Source: Utricularia gibba
Taxonomy: Eukaryota > Plantae > Magnoliophyta
DNA: 64,000 nucleotides
NCBI GenBank assembly: GCA_002189035.1
Contig: NEEC01000021.1
Location: 1,054,001 to 1,118,000, forward strand
Direction: 5' to 3'
Of this stretch, positions 23,889 to 38,942 are shown in pieces (the first letter of the stretch is position 1; each line of letters starts with the position of its first letter). Under the pieces are notes generated by a model. It made no database searches. It saw only the letters and a program-made list of their open reading frames with translations, and was not told the DNA's origin. The position numbers were made by a program, and so were the translations under genes.

Positions 23889-25908
23889 CACTGAGCACAT
23901 GGTCCAAGAGAATCGAAAGGAAAACAACACAAGCAAACAAACAAAACCAATTCACATGCACCCACTTGAGCATTTAATGTCACTCTCACAACAGCCCCCC
24001 GCATCTTCCTCCACTCCGATCACACTCCACCGCGCCCGGAGCAGCCGCCTGCCGCTTCCGGTGGGGTTTCCAGCAGTGAATGGCGGCTGGGGTTTCCGGG
24101 AAGATGATCGGAAAACCCTGATTACGATTCAGATATGGATATTCAGGTTCAAAAGGAGTGGGGATTAGAGACAGGATTAAGCAACACATCATAGTTTAGC
24201 GACAAAAATGGTTCCTTTTGAAACATAGGACGAGGATCGTACTGTGTGATACAACAGGGAGGACCATTTGGCCTTCCTCAATCATTACATAAATGTCATT
24301 TTGTATCATTTTGTACAATTTAGACTTGATCTCGTTTGGTATTACATGAAATTTTACTTTATATTAAATATTTTTTGTATTTAAGCCTTATGAAATAAAA
24401 ATTGCATTAGACGAGTTTAGTTACTTGACAAAGTATAATTTATTCCAAAAAAAATTTCTTCTAAATATCTATTATAAATATTTTATAAATCTAATTATAA
24501 AATTTTAGATATGATCCAAGCTAAGGAAGAGTAAAAGAATCTTCTTCAAATCTCACTTTTGTTACGAATGGGATAGTGAAACATTTTACATGAATGGATC
24601 TTTTTTAATTTTACATGAAGCTTTTTTTTAAAGATAAGAACGTAAAACCATGAATATTGAATATTTGAAATACACAATATAGTGCAAACATAAAATAGGT
24701 TATTACAAACTTAAAAAAAATCGTAATTTTCAAATCTTTGATTTTTATGTAAATTAATTTTACTCCTATTAATTATCGAGCAAATTAAAAATTTCTATCA
24801 AACAAATTTTTAGTCTTGATCTAAGATATCGATTTTTTAAGACGAAATAGTTATAAAATTTGAATGATATTTATCCTTTTTTGAATCATTTCAATGAATT
24901 AATTATGCATTCATACAAACTTAGATCATCAAACACTTTGATTAATCGTATCAGTATCCATTGATAGTTTATAAATCGTATTTTTTTTGCTATATATTAA
25001 AAACATTTATATTACAATAAATAGATAAAATTGGGAAACAACCACTTGAACACTGAACCCGGCAATTTATTTTTGTGGGGACTACGTTAGTAACTCTAGG
25101 GTACAAGATTCGAAAGGTGGCCCTATGTGATTGGTTGATATTTTTATTACAATTTTTAATGAAAAAAAGGTGATTTATTGTAGACAAGCCAACTGGCCAA
25201 TTGGCCATGACTATTTATTTGTCTGACTATTTTGCATAGTTTAATGATTGTTTTGTCCCATCACGTTATTGATCAATTATTGCTCCCAAGAAAATAACAA
25301 AATACCCTTTCTACAAAAATAAAATAATATAAAAATCCACTATCTAATAAATAATCTCGAAATTGATGAATAATACGAAAAGGGGTAGGTTTTGGTATTG
25401 CATCACGTTTTGCAAACTGTATTTATGCTCTTAGTGTGGTCATGGTTGTATGAGAATACTAAGGTTAGTGGAAAGGGGCGTAACATGTCGAATACAATAC
25501 GAAAAAACATATAAGATTACGTTTGATTCTTCGATAAATATAAGGAAATCGTTCTATTTCATGTATCAAGAGTTGTTCTAGAAATAATTTCTTATGTAAT
25601 TTTTAAAATGACGAAATATAGTATTTTGTTGAATGCTTGAAGTGTACAATATCAATATCTGCATGAGTTGTAGTGTTTGCATCTATTTCAATTTGAATTT
25701 ATACTTGGAACAATGCCACTTCCACCACCAACTTTTTACAACACATACTACACAAGTAACTCCATCTACTAGTAGTCCCACAAACCTCCCCCATAGCATG
25801 TGACCTTATACTTTACACACAAACTTGGTTAGCATTCTAAATTCGAGGGAGCACAGTAGTGTCTCGAAATGACGAAAAGACCCTCATCGCCGGTACTCGA
25901 AAAAATCC

Positions 25909-27991
25909 TTATAACTTGGTGAACACGATGGGTGCACCATGTTGGGGCTGAAGAAGCATTTCAACAGAAGGTGCATGTTGGTAGCTTGGCGCAAGCTCAA
26001 AAGAGAATCTCTGCAATATCATGGACATGGCAAGCTTGGCTTGCAGCATAGCCAAGTTCTGTCCGATGCACCGGCGAGCTCCCATTCCGAAGGGCATTAG
26101 CGCCATCGGATGCTTAGCCGCATGCGCCACTCCTTTAGAAAATCTCCCCGGATTGAACTCATGAGGGTCGTTGCACCATAGCGCCGGATCATGGTGTATG
26201 ACGAGGATCGGAATTAGGAGTTCCGTCCCACCGGAGATTCGGAGGTGCCCCAAATGGACATCCCGCGTCGCCCGCCGGATAATCGCGACGGCCGGCGGGT
26301 ATAGGCGGAGGGATTCGTACAAGATCATGCTCAACTGCAATGGGGAGGAGAGAAGTATGTCATAAAACCGTTGAAAACTAACTTGATATGTAACTAATTT
26401 TATGGTTACTAGAAGATTAGAGTAGTAGAGTAGGATGCGGTGGGGACCACAGGGGAGTAAAAAGAAGTGGTACCGTTTTTAGCTTGGCGAGATCATCTCG
26501 GGGGGGTGTCACGTGCACCGCAAACCCTAAGAACCTCCTCACGTGCCTGTTCCTGCCAGTGCGGGTGCATACTCAGCAACACCGTCGTCCATGTCAGCAG
26601 GTTGGACGTGGTGTGTTTCCCGGCGAAGAAGATGGTCTTGCACTCCTCCGCCACCTCGGCGGCGGTCATCCCGGAAGTGGAATCGCCGGCACCCATCATC
26701 ACCTCGAGCAAGTCACTGGATTTTCCGGGACTGTGCTCTCTGTGGGCGGCGGACTTCCCCCGGAGCTCAATCAGCTTTAAGAGGGAATCCCTGATTTCCC
26801 TCTCTAGTCTCCGGGCGACCCTGTTTTTCCTCGTCGGCAAAAACCTGCTCCAATAGGTTCCCAAAAATTTGATTACTACGACGCCGTTTTGTTCGCCGGG
26901 GAAAGCGGAAAACTGACCTGTGGCCGGGGAAACAGATTTTCTGATACGCTTCGGTGGCGTTGGCCATTTGCTGGGACTGGAGTCGAAAAATGGCGCGCCC
27001 CAAGTCGTAATTCGTGTCCCCAAAAGTGACACGCGTGATCACTTCTTCAACCAAATTTTCAAACCATTTCGAAACCTCCACTTCCACTTTCCCGCCGTCG
27101 CCCATCTTCTCCGACCACTCCGCCACCGCGGTGTCGACGCTCTTCGCTACCATCGGAATCATCAACTGCACATGTGAAACCCAAACTCATTTCCTTGTTA
27201 AGATATCCAACCGAACAAACTAAACTACCTTCAGATTCTCAGCGTGAAAGGCTGGCTGTATTGTTCTTCTGTGGTGAGCCCATTTCTCCCCCTTCAAACT
27301 CAACAGCCCGTCGCCTTCAATCTTCCGGACCAGCGTCGGCGATTCGTTTTTCTCGAAGAACTCCGATTTCGCAATGAAGATGTCTCTAATCAGCGCCGGA
27401 TCGGAAATTGTGAGCCTCGGCGTTGGCCCAAACCACACAATAAAAATTGACCCTGAAGCAGCAGAAGAACAAGAAACAACAGCGGTATCAAAGAAACAGT
27501 AGCAGGGAAATCAAAGACGAGAACAAAACAAAAAAAAAACCGAGGAATCATAATCACAAGCTTCTGTTTTTACCAAAAGAGGAATCACAGAAAGAAAGCC
27601 GATTCTATCAAAATTTTCTCAAGCCAATGGATATAGTGTAGACCCTACAAACAAACAGTTTCTTCTTCACAATCACAAGCTTCTGTCTTTACACCGTACC
27701 GTAAATCTTCTTCCAGTGATGGTAAAAAGAAAGAACTCGAGGGACGATGTTATGCGATCTATTCGTCAAAGATTGGGAAGAAGCAGTGAAATTCAAACTA
27801 GCGAGCTCCTTCAAGTTCCCCAGGAGAAGCCTGTAACCAGGCCCGGAAATCCCCTGTTCTCTGAAATGACGCTCGACTCTTCTGGGAGTCCACCAAACAT
27901 GAGCCGCTAATTTCAGAGCAAAAACAAGCAGAAAATTAGAAACCAGGGTCGTGAAAACCCATCTCATCACCCAAGAGGATTCCACTTCCAT
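25909..27991 (-). CDS. CYP734A1: Cytochrome P450 CYP734A (BAS1-like brassinosteroid C-26 hydroxylase), 5 exons, one apparent frameshift
   Basis: Exons 27700-27991, 27229-27452, 26918-27165, 26474-26844, 25909-26334. Motifs HNIVPRVLSFYHHWKKIYG, FAGKHTTS, ESLR, PGRF, FGMGARRCIG. The frame breaks in the 7-base G/C run at 26490-26496. Confidence 0.92.
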
Positions 27992-29269
27992 GGCGGATTT
28001 ATATTCTGGGAGGTGCGAGTATGGCCTTTATACAGAGGAGAAGACGATGGCTCTGAGCGTGAAGGCTGAGGGCTGAGCAAAAATAAATAGTAAAAAAAGG
28101 TCAACTTATTTGGCATCCAAAAAGAATTAAAAATTCAAAATGGGGGTTGTGAGGGAATTGACGGAAACACCCTTGTGGACATTTCATTTTATTTAGACAG
28201 ACATGAGAATACAGTCACAGCAACAGCATTAATTAGGGGTGTTTCCCGATGGCCTGATCATGTCATGTGGAAGTACAGAGGTAACACTCACCCCACCCCC
28301 ATAACCCAACTCCAACCGTAGCACTAATGTTCATATTTTATAGTCTTGTTCGTGTATCCGAAATACCATATTTCGTCACAAATTACGTTTGTTTGATAGA
28401 CGTATGTTCTAATTGTAAACGTAAAGTTTGGATATTTGAAGTGAACAATATCGTATAAAAAAATTGTGAATTGTGACTATATGGATTTCGTATTATTTGA
28501 ATGAGATTTGGTTTAATATTTTTTTCATATGCTTTTAATATATCTTTCAAATATATAACTATTTTAAAACATATATTCCTAAGATCTATATACCAATCAC
28601 ATTTTCAGTTTTAGTCATATGACACGATACTAATGATTCAAATACATTACTAGTCAAATTATCTTACCAAATGACTCTACAGTGTGCTCATTCATATACA
28701 ACTCTACCTTAAAGGGATATAATCAACTAAATTGCATTCAACTATATACAATTCTATACTATAAGCATTTGATATAATGTTATACAATGAAACTACCTAA
28801 GTGTATTCGCCTATAAACAACTCTATCGAATGAGAGCTCAATCAAATGTCATGCACCGAAATCATCTAAACCTTTGTTTAGAACAATTTTTTTTCTAAAG
28901 TTCATAAATAGTTTTATTATCAAATAACTATTTTATGAACTACATTGCACTATGATACATTGCTTTCTGAATGTCAACACACTCTTGGCATGAAACCCTT
29001 TGTTTATGAGTAGTGATTAGGGTGAGTTAAGTACTCATAAACCTTGATTGAGGTTGTTGTGTGAGCCCCCTACTTAATTGGACACGTGGACCTAGCTATT
29101 CATACTAAAACAAAAGCAATTAACCGGTAGATAGGTTTGATTGATTAATCAAATATGGGCTGGTATTTTTTTTATTATAACCATAAGTTTTATGCAAGTA
29201 TGACAAGAAAATTGAAAAATAAAGTAATGTATACATTGAATCTAGTACGTAGTATAATATCATCTACAT

Positions 29270-29870
29270 TGTTAGGTAAAGGTCGTGATGCTTGGAAGGC
29301 TAAAATATTTGTCTAGATTAAGGACTTGTGTATCTAGAGTTGAGGGTAAGGATAATGACATCCTATATGTGTATGTAGTGACAATGTGTGAAGGTCGAGA
29401 GGTGGAGCTAACATCCAACTTGAGGCTATATGAGCCAGCAATGTGGTTGTGTGAGATGGTCATGGAACACTTTTTGATAGGAGATATTGTATAATGTTAG
29501 ACTACCATGTGTAAGGCGAGGGGACTAATGATGATATCTCATATTGATTATGCATGTAAACAAATAAGAGAATATATTCATCTTCATCTTGTATGAAGCC
29601 TTTTTTTAAAAAGAAATACATAAAACTATTGGGATTGAGTATTCGAAATAAATAATAGCATGAGTGATAACATTTGGTATCAAAGCCAAACTTGAACATG
29701 TGCCAATGGTGGGATAAGATACATTCATCAAAGACACTAAGTATTTAAATGAGGGAGAATATAAGACCAAACACCTAATGATGATATCTAACATTAGTTA
29801 AGAGCGAGAGGATGAGATGTGATTAAATAAATGGATTTCATAATCTTGTACGAGAGACTTTTCCTAAAAA
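29270..29870 (+). mobile_element. Degenerate LTR-retroelement/TRIM-like remnant
   Basis: TGTTA starts at 29270 and 29495, and …GATAACA ends at 29672. It is followed by a Met-i PBS-like TGGTATCAAAGC (29675), a PPT-like GAGGGAGAA (29751-29759) and a partial second LTR sharing CTAATGATGATATCT (29525 and 29775). Confidence 0.55.
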
Positions 29871-32800
29871 AGAATAATATAAAATCGTGATAATTAGATA
29901 TTTAAAATAAACAATATCATAAAAATAAAAACATAGGTTATGACAACTATAAGACACATTGAGGATGCTTGAGAACAAGAATATGCAATTTCATGTTATG
30001 TTGGTATTTGAGATCAAATAAAAATTTATAAATCTTCAAGCAATACACAGTAAAAACATAAATATCAATAACTAAAGTATAACATCAATTTCTAAAAAAA
30101 AAAACACATGTGTGTGTTCATGCATCACTACAAGTACCCAACATGATCATACTATATCACACAAGAACGTGATTACCTTGATTCTTTTGCATATAAGATT
30201 CAAAAGGTGTAGAATGTACACTCTATTATCTTTCATAATGCATATTTTTATTTTATATTTATATAATATTAAATTTTTCAAAATAAAAAACATATACAAA
30301 TGGGTCAAACTCAATGTTCATAGATAGGCATGGGTTACGTTTTGGAATCCGATTTTAATATACCTATGATACGAACAAACAAATGTATTAACTTTTTTTT
30401 TTCCAGTAGCCAATAAATGCATGTTGTCATGAGGCAGTAGAGGGACCAAGGCATTGATGAGCAGGCTTGCTCATAGATTCTGCCCCTCCTTCCAAACCGA
30501 CGCACCGGAGTGGTACGCTACAGACATTTATATCATGTTCAGCAACTAACTACAGACTTTGGGTTATAACAATTTGGATCGCATCATACACCGTATAAGA
30601 GGTTCTGAATCACAACCGAATTGGGGATTCAACTATATAATATAGAAATTAAGGATTCGATGTATCAGATGAATATATGTGAAATTCCATAGAAATTTAG
30701 AATCAATCTAATTAACAGTGATTTGTAATTTTTTTATATATATACTTGATTATTTTAATTTCATTTTTCGATATAAGATTACTAATTATAATATCCATTC
30801 TCAAATTGAATTGGGTTTAGATCCGGTTAAAACTTGTTTATTTTTTTTATGATTGTGAATAGTACTAATGCACATTGATGAATGAGCATATCTATGTTTT
30901 CAATCCAATAATTCACATTGAGTAGTTCAAATACATGGAGTGTAATCACTAGTAATTAGTTGGATTTAACGTTTTTGAATCCAATACACATATCTTATAT
31001 ACTTGGATTTGATGATTTTTGATTCATCGAATTCCTAATTTCACAACTATCGAAATGAGAAGTGTAGAAGCTGCATGAAAAAATGGAAGATGGGAAAAAT
31101 TCCTCCATTTATACATACCAGTGGAAGGGTAGTGCAATGGGTGGTTCTGGGCGAGCTCTCCCTCCCTCCCAGTGTTAGCTTCGCAGTTCTTGGCAATTGG
31201 GATGACATGACATGAGGAGACGTAAGAGGATTAGCAGAGAGGGGAGGTGATGGTAGATGGTGGCATCCACATCCACATCCACATCCATGTGGATGCCAGC
31301 ATGAAGTTAAGCTGTTGTTTTCCCCGACATGCCATGTTTTTCACTCCCTCTGATTTCCATGAAGCCCAGGCATTTACTTTCTGCGTAGAAAACTGTGTGG
31401 TTCGGAAGGGAAGGGAAGGGGAATAGGGAGAGAGAGAGAGAGAGGCACATGGGACACAAGAGAGTGTCAATCGTTGAGAGTTTGTCCCCGAGCCCCAACA
31501 AGGGCTGCCCCACATCCTCGTAATCTTGTCCTAATGTCCCCAAAGCACCATGGCCCCCACGCCATCTCTGACTGCTTAACTGCGCCACTTCTCGACATGA
31601 CTGTAGCCTGTATTCCCATTCCCAATTTGGCATTTCCAGTCCACGCCAACCCCACTCACTTCCCGCCCCTTTTTTCCTTGAAGAGTCAGTACTAAACCAC
31701 ACCCCCCGCCCCCTTCCTCCCCTTGCCCTTCACCGGAGAACCAACATAACCGATACCGATTACCCGTTTGTTGAAATTAAGGATTCGATAAGTCGAACGA
31801 ATGTATATATAAGAAACACGAATGGCATGTGAAAAAAGATTAGATCTAATTCATTATTAATTATTCGTAATCTTTTATATAATTTTAATTATATTATTTT
31901 AACTTTTTGATATGAAATTATTTACTCTAATATCGCTAGTAATATTAGATTATTCCAAAGTTCTTGAACAAAAAGACCAATTGGTTAGACTGTGCAAAGA
32001 ATGGTTGACACCTTATAACCCAACTTAGTATTATCAACAATGGTTTAGGATTTAGGGTTTAGAATGTTGATCGCATTTGAAGTGGAAGGATTAGGTTACA
32101 TTTTCGTGAGACAAGTTTAACCACCTGAGTAAAAGCTATCACTATACATATTAAAAATAAAACGAAGTTTGTGATAAAAAACGGTTGGTAGATGTATTTT
32201 GTTATGTTAGATTTGTTTACTAAAAAAAATCATTAATCGGATAAATACGTGTATGAGATTTAAAATTAAATTTATATTTGAATTTCGAATTGTCATTCAT
32301 TTAATATTATTCAAATCTCTAGGCTAAAAATATGGTTAAAAAAAGACGTGACAAAATATTTCAAAATCCAATAAATTGGAAAAATGAAAACTGAAAAATG
32401 AAAATAAAATATATTTTATTCCTTTTTTAATGCATTTATTTTGAGGTGGGAGGGGTACAGTGAGTCAGAATCCGGTCAGAAGGGGCATAGTAACATAACG
32501 TAACGTAACGTAACGTATTTAATTATTGAGATCTGGGTTCAGTAGAAAGTGCCATGGCATGTGACATCAAAATTTACTTTATTTATTTATTTTAGAAAAA
32601 AAAAAGAAACCAATTTAATTTAAAATTAATTCAATTTGGGGCCTGGCAGCTGCTCAGTTCTGGCGTCAGGTTCAGAGCCCTTTTCCCTTTGTATTTCCAA
32701 CTGGGGCATTCTAATCACTTGGAAATAACACCATGATCATTTCCTTGATGCTCCAGACAAAACAAAAACAGGACATGGATCTTTGTCCGGAGTGGGACAC

Positions 32801-35800
32801 TGCGAGCCTCCTTGTCCTAGGCACCAATATATCTTAGATGTAGAGTATGAACTACTATTGCATCGAATCTAACAATATCGTATAAGTTTTGGAGCGCTCT
32901 CACATACTAAGTACCAATGTATATTTGTCTTTTGAAAGTTGATTGTGAACCGTAATTGCATCAAATCGAACAATGTCATGTGTGGTATTATAGATTTACG
33001 ATTAGTACTAGGATGAGTGACCACGTGAAATTTTAGAAGAACTTTGAAACGATTATGTTATTTAAAAGAAATATGCACTTGGTGATCTTACTACATGTGT
33101 GTGTGTGTGTAAAGATTATTCATTGGTACAATACAAATGCATCTAGGGTGTGTTCTGATTCAATCTTGAAATTTAGAACATGGTCTTAGTTATAAGATCG
33201 AAAGAGCAATGTGAATTAAGAACATTCTAGAAGACGTTACGATAAGTGGTTTTGGGGGGTGTTTTGGAAAATTTTAACTTCCAATGTATATGTATCAAAT
33301 ATATTCTTAATTGTTCGAATCATTAAAAATCGCAATCCAAACACTTCTACATAACTAAACCTATCTACCAAACACATATTAAGTCTAAATACACACACAA
33401 ACTTCATTTTATTTTAAATTTTAAACAAGCTACCAAAGAATGTACCTTGAAATCAACTCTCATGTGTTCTTGTAAAGGTATCAACCAATCATTTCAAGGT
33501 ATTGCACTAAAAGTTGGATGATAAATCCCAATAAAATTTTGTCCACAAACCCTAAAAGCTGTAAGAGTGCATAGGGTAGTGGAATTTATGATCAGAATTC
33601 AGGTCCCCTCACAATTACAAAATAATAATAACAATAAAATAAAAGAAAAGAAAAAAAGCAAATCAAATGTATCTTTCAGAATTGTGGGAGGGAGGTGCTG
33701 GAGGCAATTGGTGCCATGTGCTATTAATTTGCTGAAAGGACTTCCAAGGGGCCGGTGGAGATTCAATCGCGATCAAAGGATTAAAAACCAAGGTATGTGA
33801 CTGCCAAACTACGAGACAATGTTCGTTACAGGTAATTTACAATTCCGATCATCCTGACTTTCTGTCTCACACACACATATATATTATGAGATGATCAAAT
33901 TTTTCTTTGTGCGGGTGCCATTAGGTACATTTGTAAAAGTTCAAGCAATGTTTGAGGGATCTACTCAAATATTGAAAAGATTCATTGTTCAACTAGAAAC
34001 GATCTTGTGATGATTCTAGAAATGTGAAAACTGGGGATGTTGTTTAGATAAATTACGAGGGTCATTTAGAAATCTGATCATTAGTACATTCTTTATCATA
34101 TACTAAGACAAAAGAAAATATATTATGGGTGGTTGGATTTTTCACACATATGATGTTGGATGGCCAGATTTATCCAAGAAAACAAGTGGTCTTCATAGGG
34201 TTTTCTTAGATGGGAATGCTTAAAGAAAAAAATTGACGATTGGCTTGGAATGAGCTTCGAAAAATAATCAACGAAATAATTGATCACTTTGGAGCTCCAC
34301 ATTAAGCCCAAGTAGTGCACTAAATTCTTCCTCAGCGGGGGATGACATCGATCTCAGCAAAGTCCTTGAAATTTCTAGGGTTTGTTGATAGTCCCAGCGA
34401 CCAACTAAACAAAGCCTGGAGCAAGTTTGAAGGTAAGAGAAAGGAGTGATGGATGAGTTGTGTGTTGTAACTGTTGGAGGGGCTCTTGAACAGCAGGGGA
34501 ACTGCGGTAGATGCCACCGCATCCTCTTCACATTGATTTTGGTCAACCACGTGTCCGTCACCGATGAGCAGCTCATCTGCATCAGCTGGGGTTAGGAGGG
34601 TGGTCAGCATCTGCAACAGTGCTGGATGCATCATCCTCAATCATCCTTTGGAATGCTTCAACGAAGTTGCTGTGGAATCACGGTGGCTGACGATACCAAA
34701 ACGGGACGTCACCGATCCGACCGGTGGCCGTGAACTCTCTCAATTCAGTCGGAGGACGCCTGAGCAAGCAAGCCTTGGGGTTTAGAATCATGCGTTTTGA
34801 TAAGGGATTCCGAGATCAAATCGAGTTGATATGAGAATACTTAGTTTTTTCGTGAGATATGTCAGGGATTCTAATCGAGGTTAAGGGAATAAGTATTAGA
34901 GCAAATGATTTTAAATTTGAAAATGAAATAACGAATATATAATAAATCATAAATCACTAATAATTTTTTGATTTTAATATTTCTTTAATATAATTAATAT
35001 TTATTATGTACTTAAACTTCACATATACTTCTTTTTTATATACTTCTTCAATTTATTGAATTCTTAATTTCAAAAATCAGTAAACAATGATGATGTGATG
35101 TTCACCTATTTATTCATGTTATCTTGATGAACAATATTTTTATTCTTTAATCATTTGTTTTGCTCACCTTCAACCCAATGGTCAATATTTATTACATGAT
35201 TGCCAACATATCTTTTTTTAATATGCAAGGAGATGAGACTCATGTCATGGGAATGAGGGATGGAAGAGTTTAAATAGAATGATTATTTTAATTTTATGCA
35301 ATCAATTTTCTATATAAAGAAAAAAGACGTAAAATTAATAACATTATATGTTCAAAGCAGATAATATGGTAGGATAATATATAGAGATCATGTTATTTTA
35401 ACACAAGTAATGATTTCGAAAAAAATGCAGGTGGCTCCATGTAGAGAAGAAACCTAATCAGGATCAGTATTTTAAAATCGGATTCTAAAACCGAATTGAA
35501 TGTGCATTGGGCCCTACTGGGTCAAGAGTGAATGGGCTAGTCTCGGGTCGTGACTTTCCAGGCCCCTGGCCTATGAACCTATTAATGAATTATTTATTTT
35601 AAATTGTTTTATACTTATATCTCTATTAATTATTTTTAAAATAGCGGATTGAATGCTGTATTAAATCCCAACTTTTTTGTTTAAATTTAATAAGTCTTAT
35701 AAAAAAATTAAAGAAAATCCTAAAAATTAAAAATATTAAATTTAATTATCTTCATGAAAAACAAAAACTCAAATAGATTGAAGAATGAGTTATACCTAAT

Positions 35801-36144
35801 TTGAAACCCTAGTCTCACATACACCAAATCGATCATCACATGAATTAATTAGAAATTGACCATATATTAAAAAAGTATGCGAAAACAATAATATGTGACA
35901 GAAGAAATGACAATCACTAGTGATACTCCACCCCCAATCCCCTGGCCAAGCCCCAAATCCTAGGGCATTCTGATGAATCCAAATTCATTCTTACAGGGAA
36001 AGATCCCAATTGAAAAAAAAAAGACCAAGATGTAATAATAGAAGTGGGTTTACGCGGAATCTGATTTGGGTTTGAACATCTAGGAACCAGAAGCAGATGG
36101 TGTGTGAAGAAGGAAACTGCGCTGACGTAGCCAAATAACTACAC

Positions 36145-38942
<2,798 letters not shown>

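Noticed and set aside
31276-31310. Partial miR167-like match (GCCAGCATGA)
   Set aside because: Only 10 nt match, with no mature 21-mer and no matching star arm.
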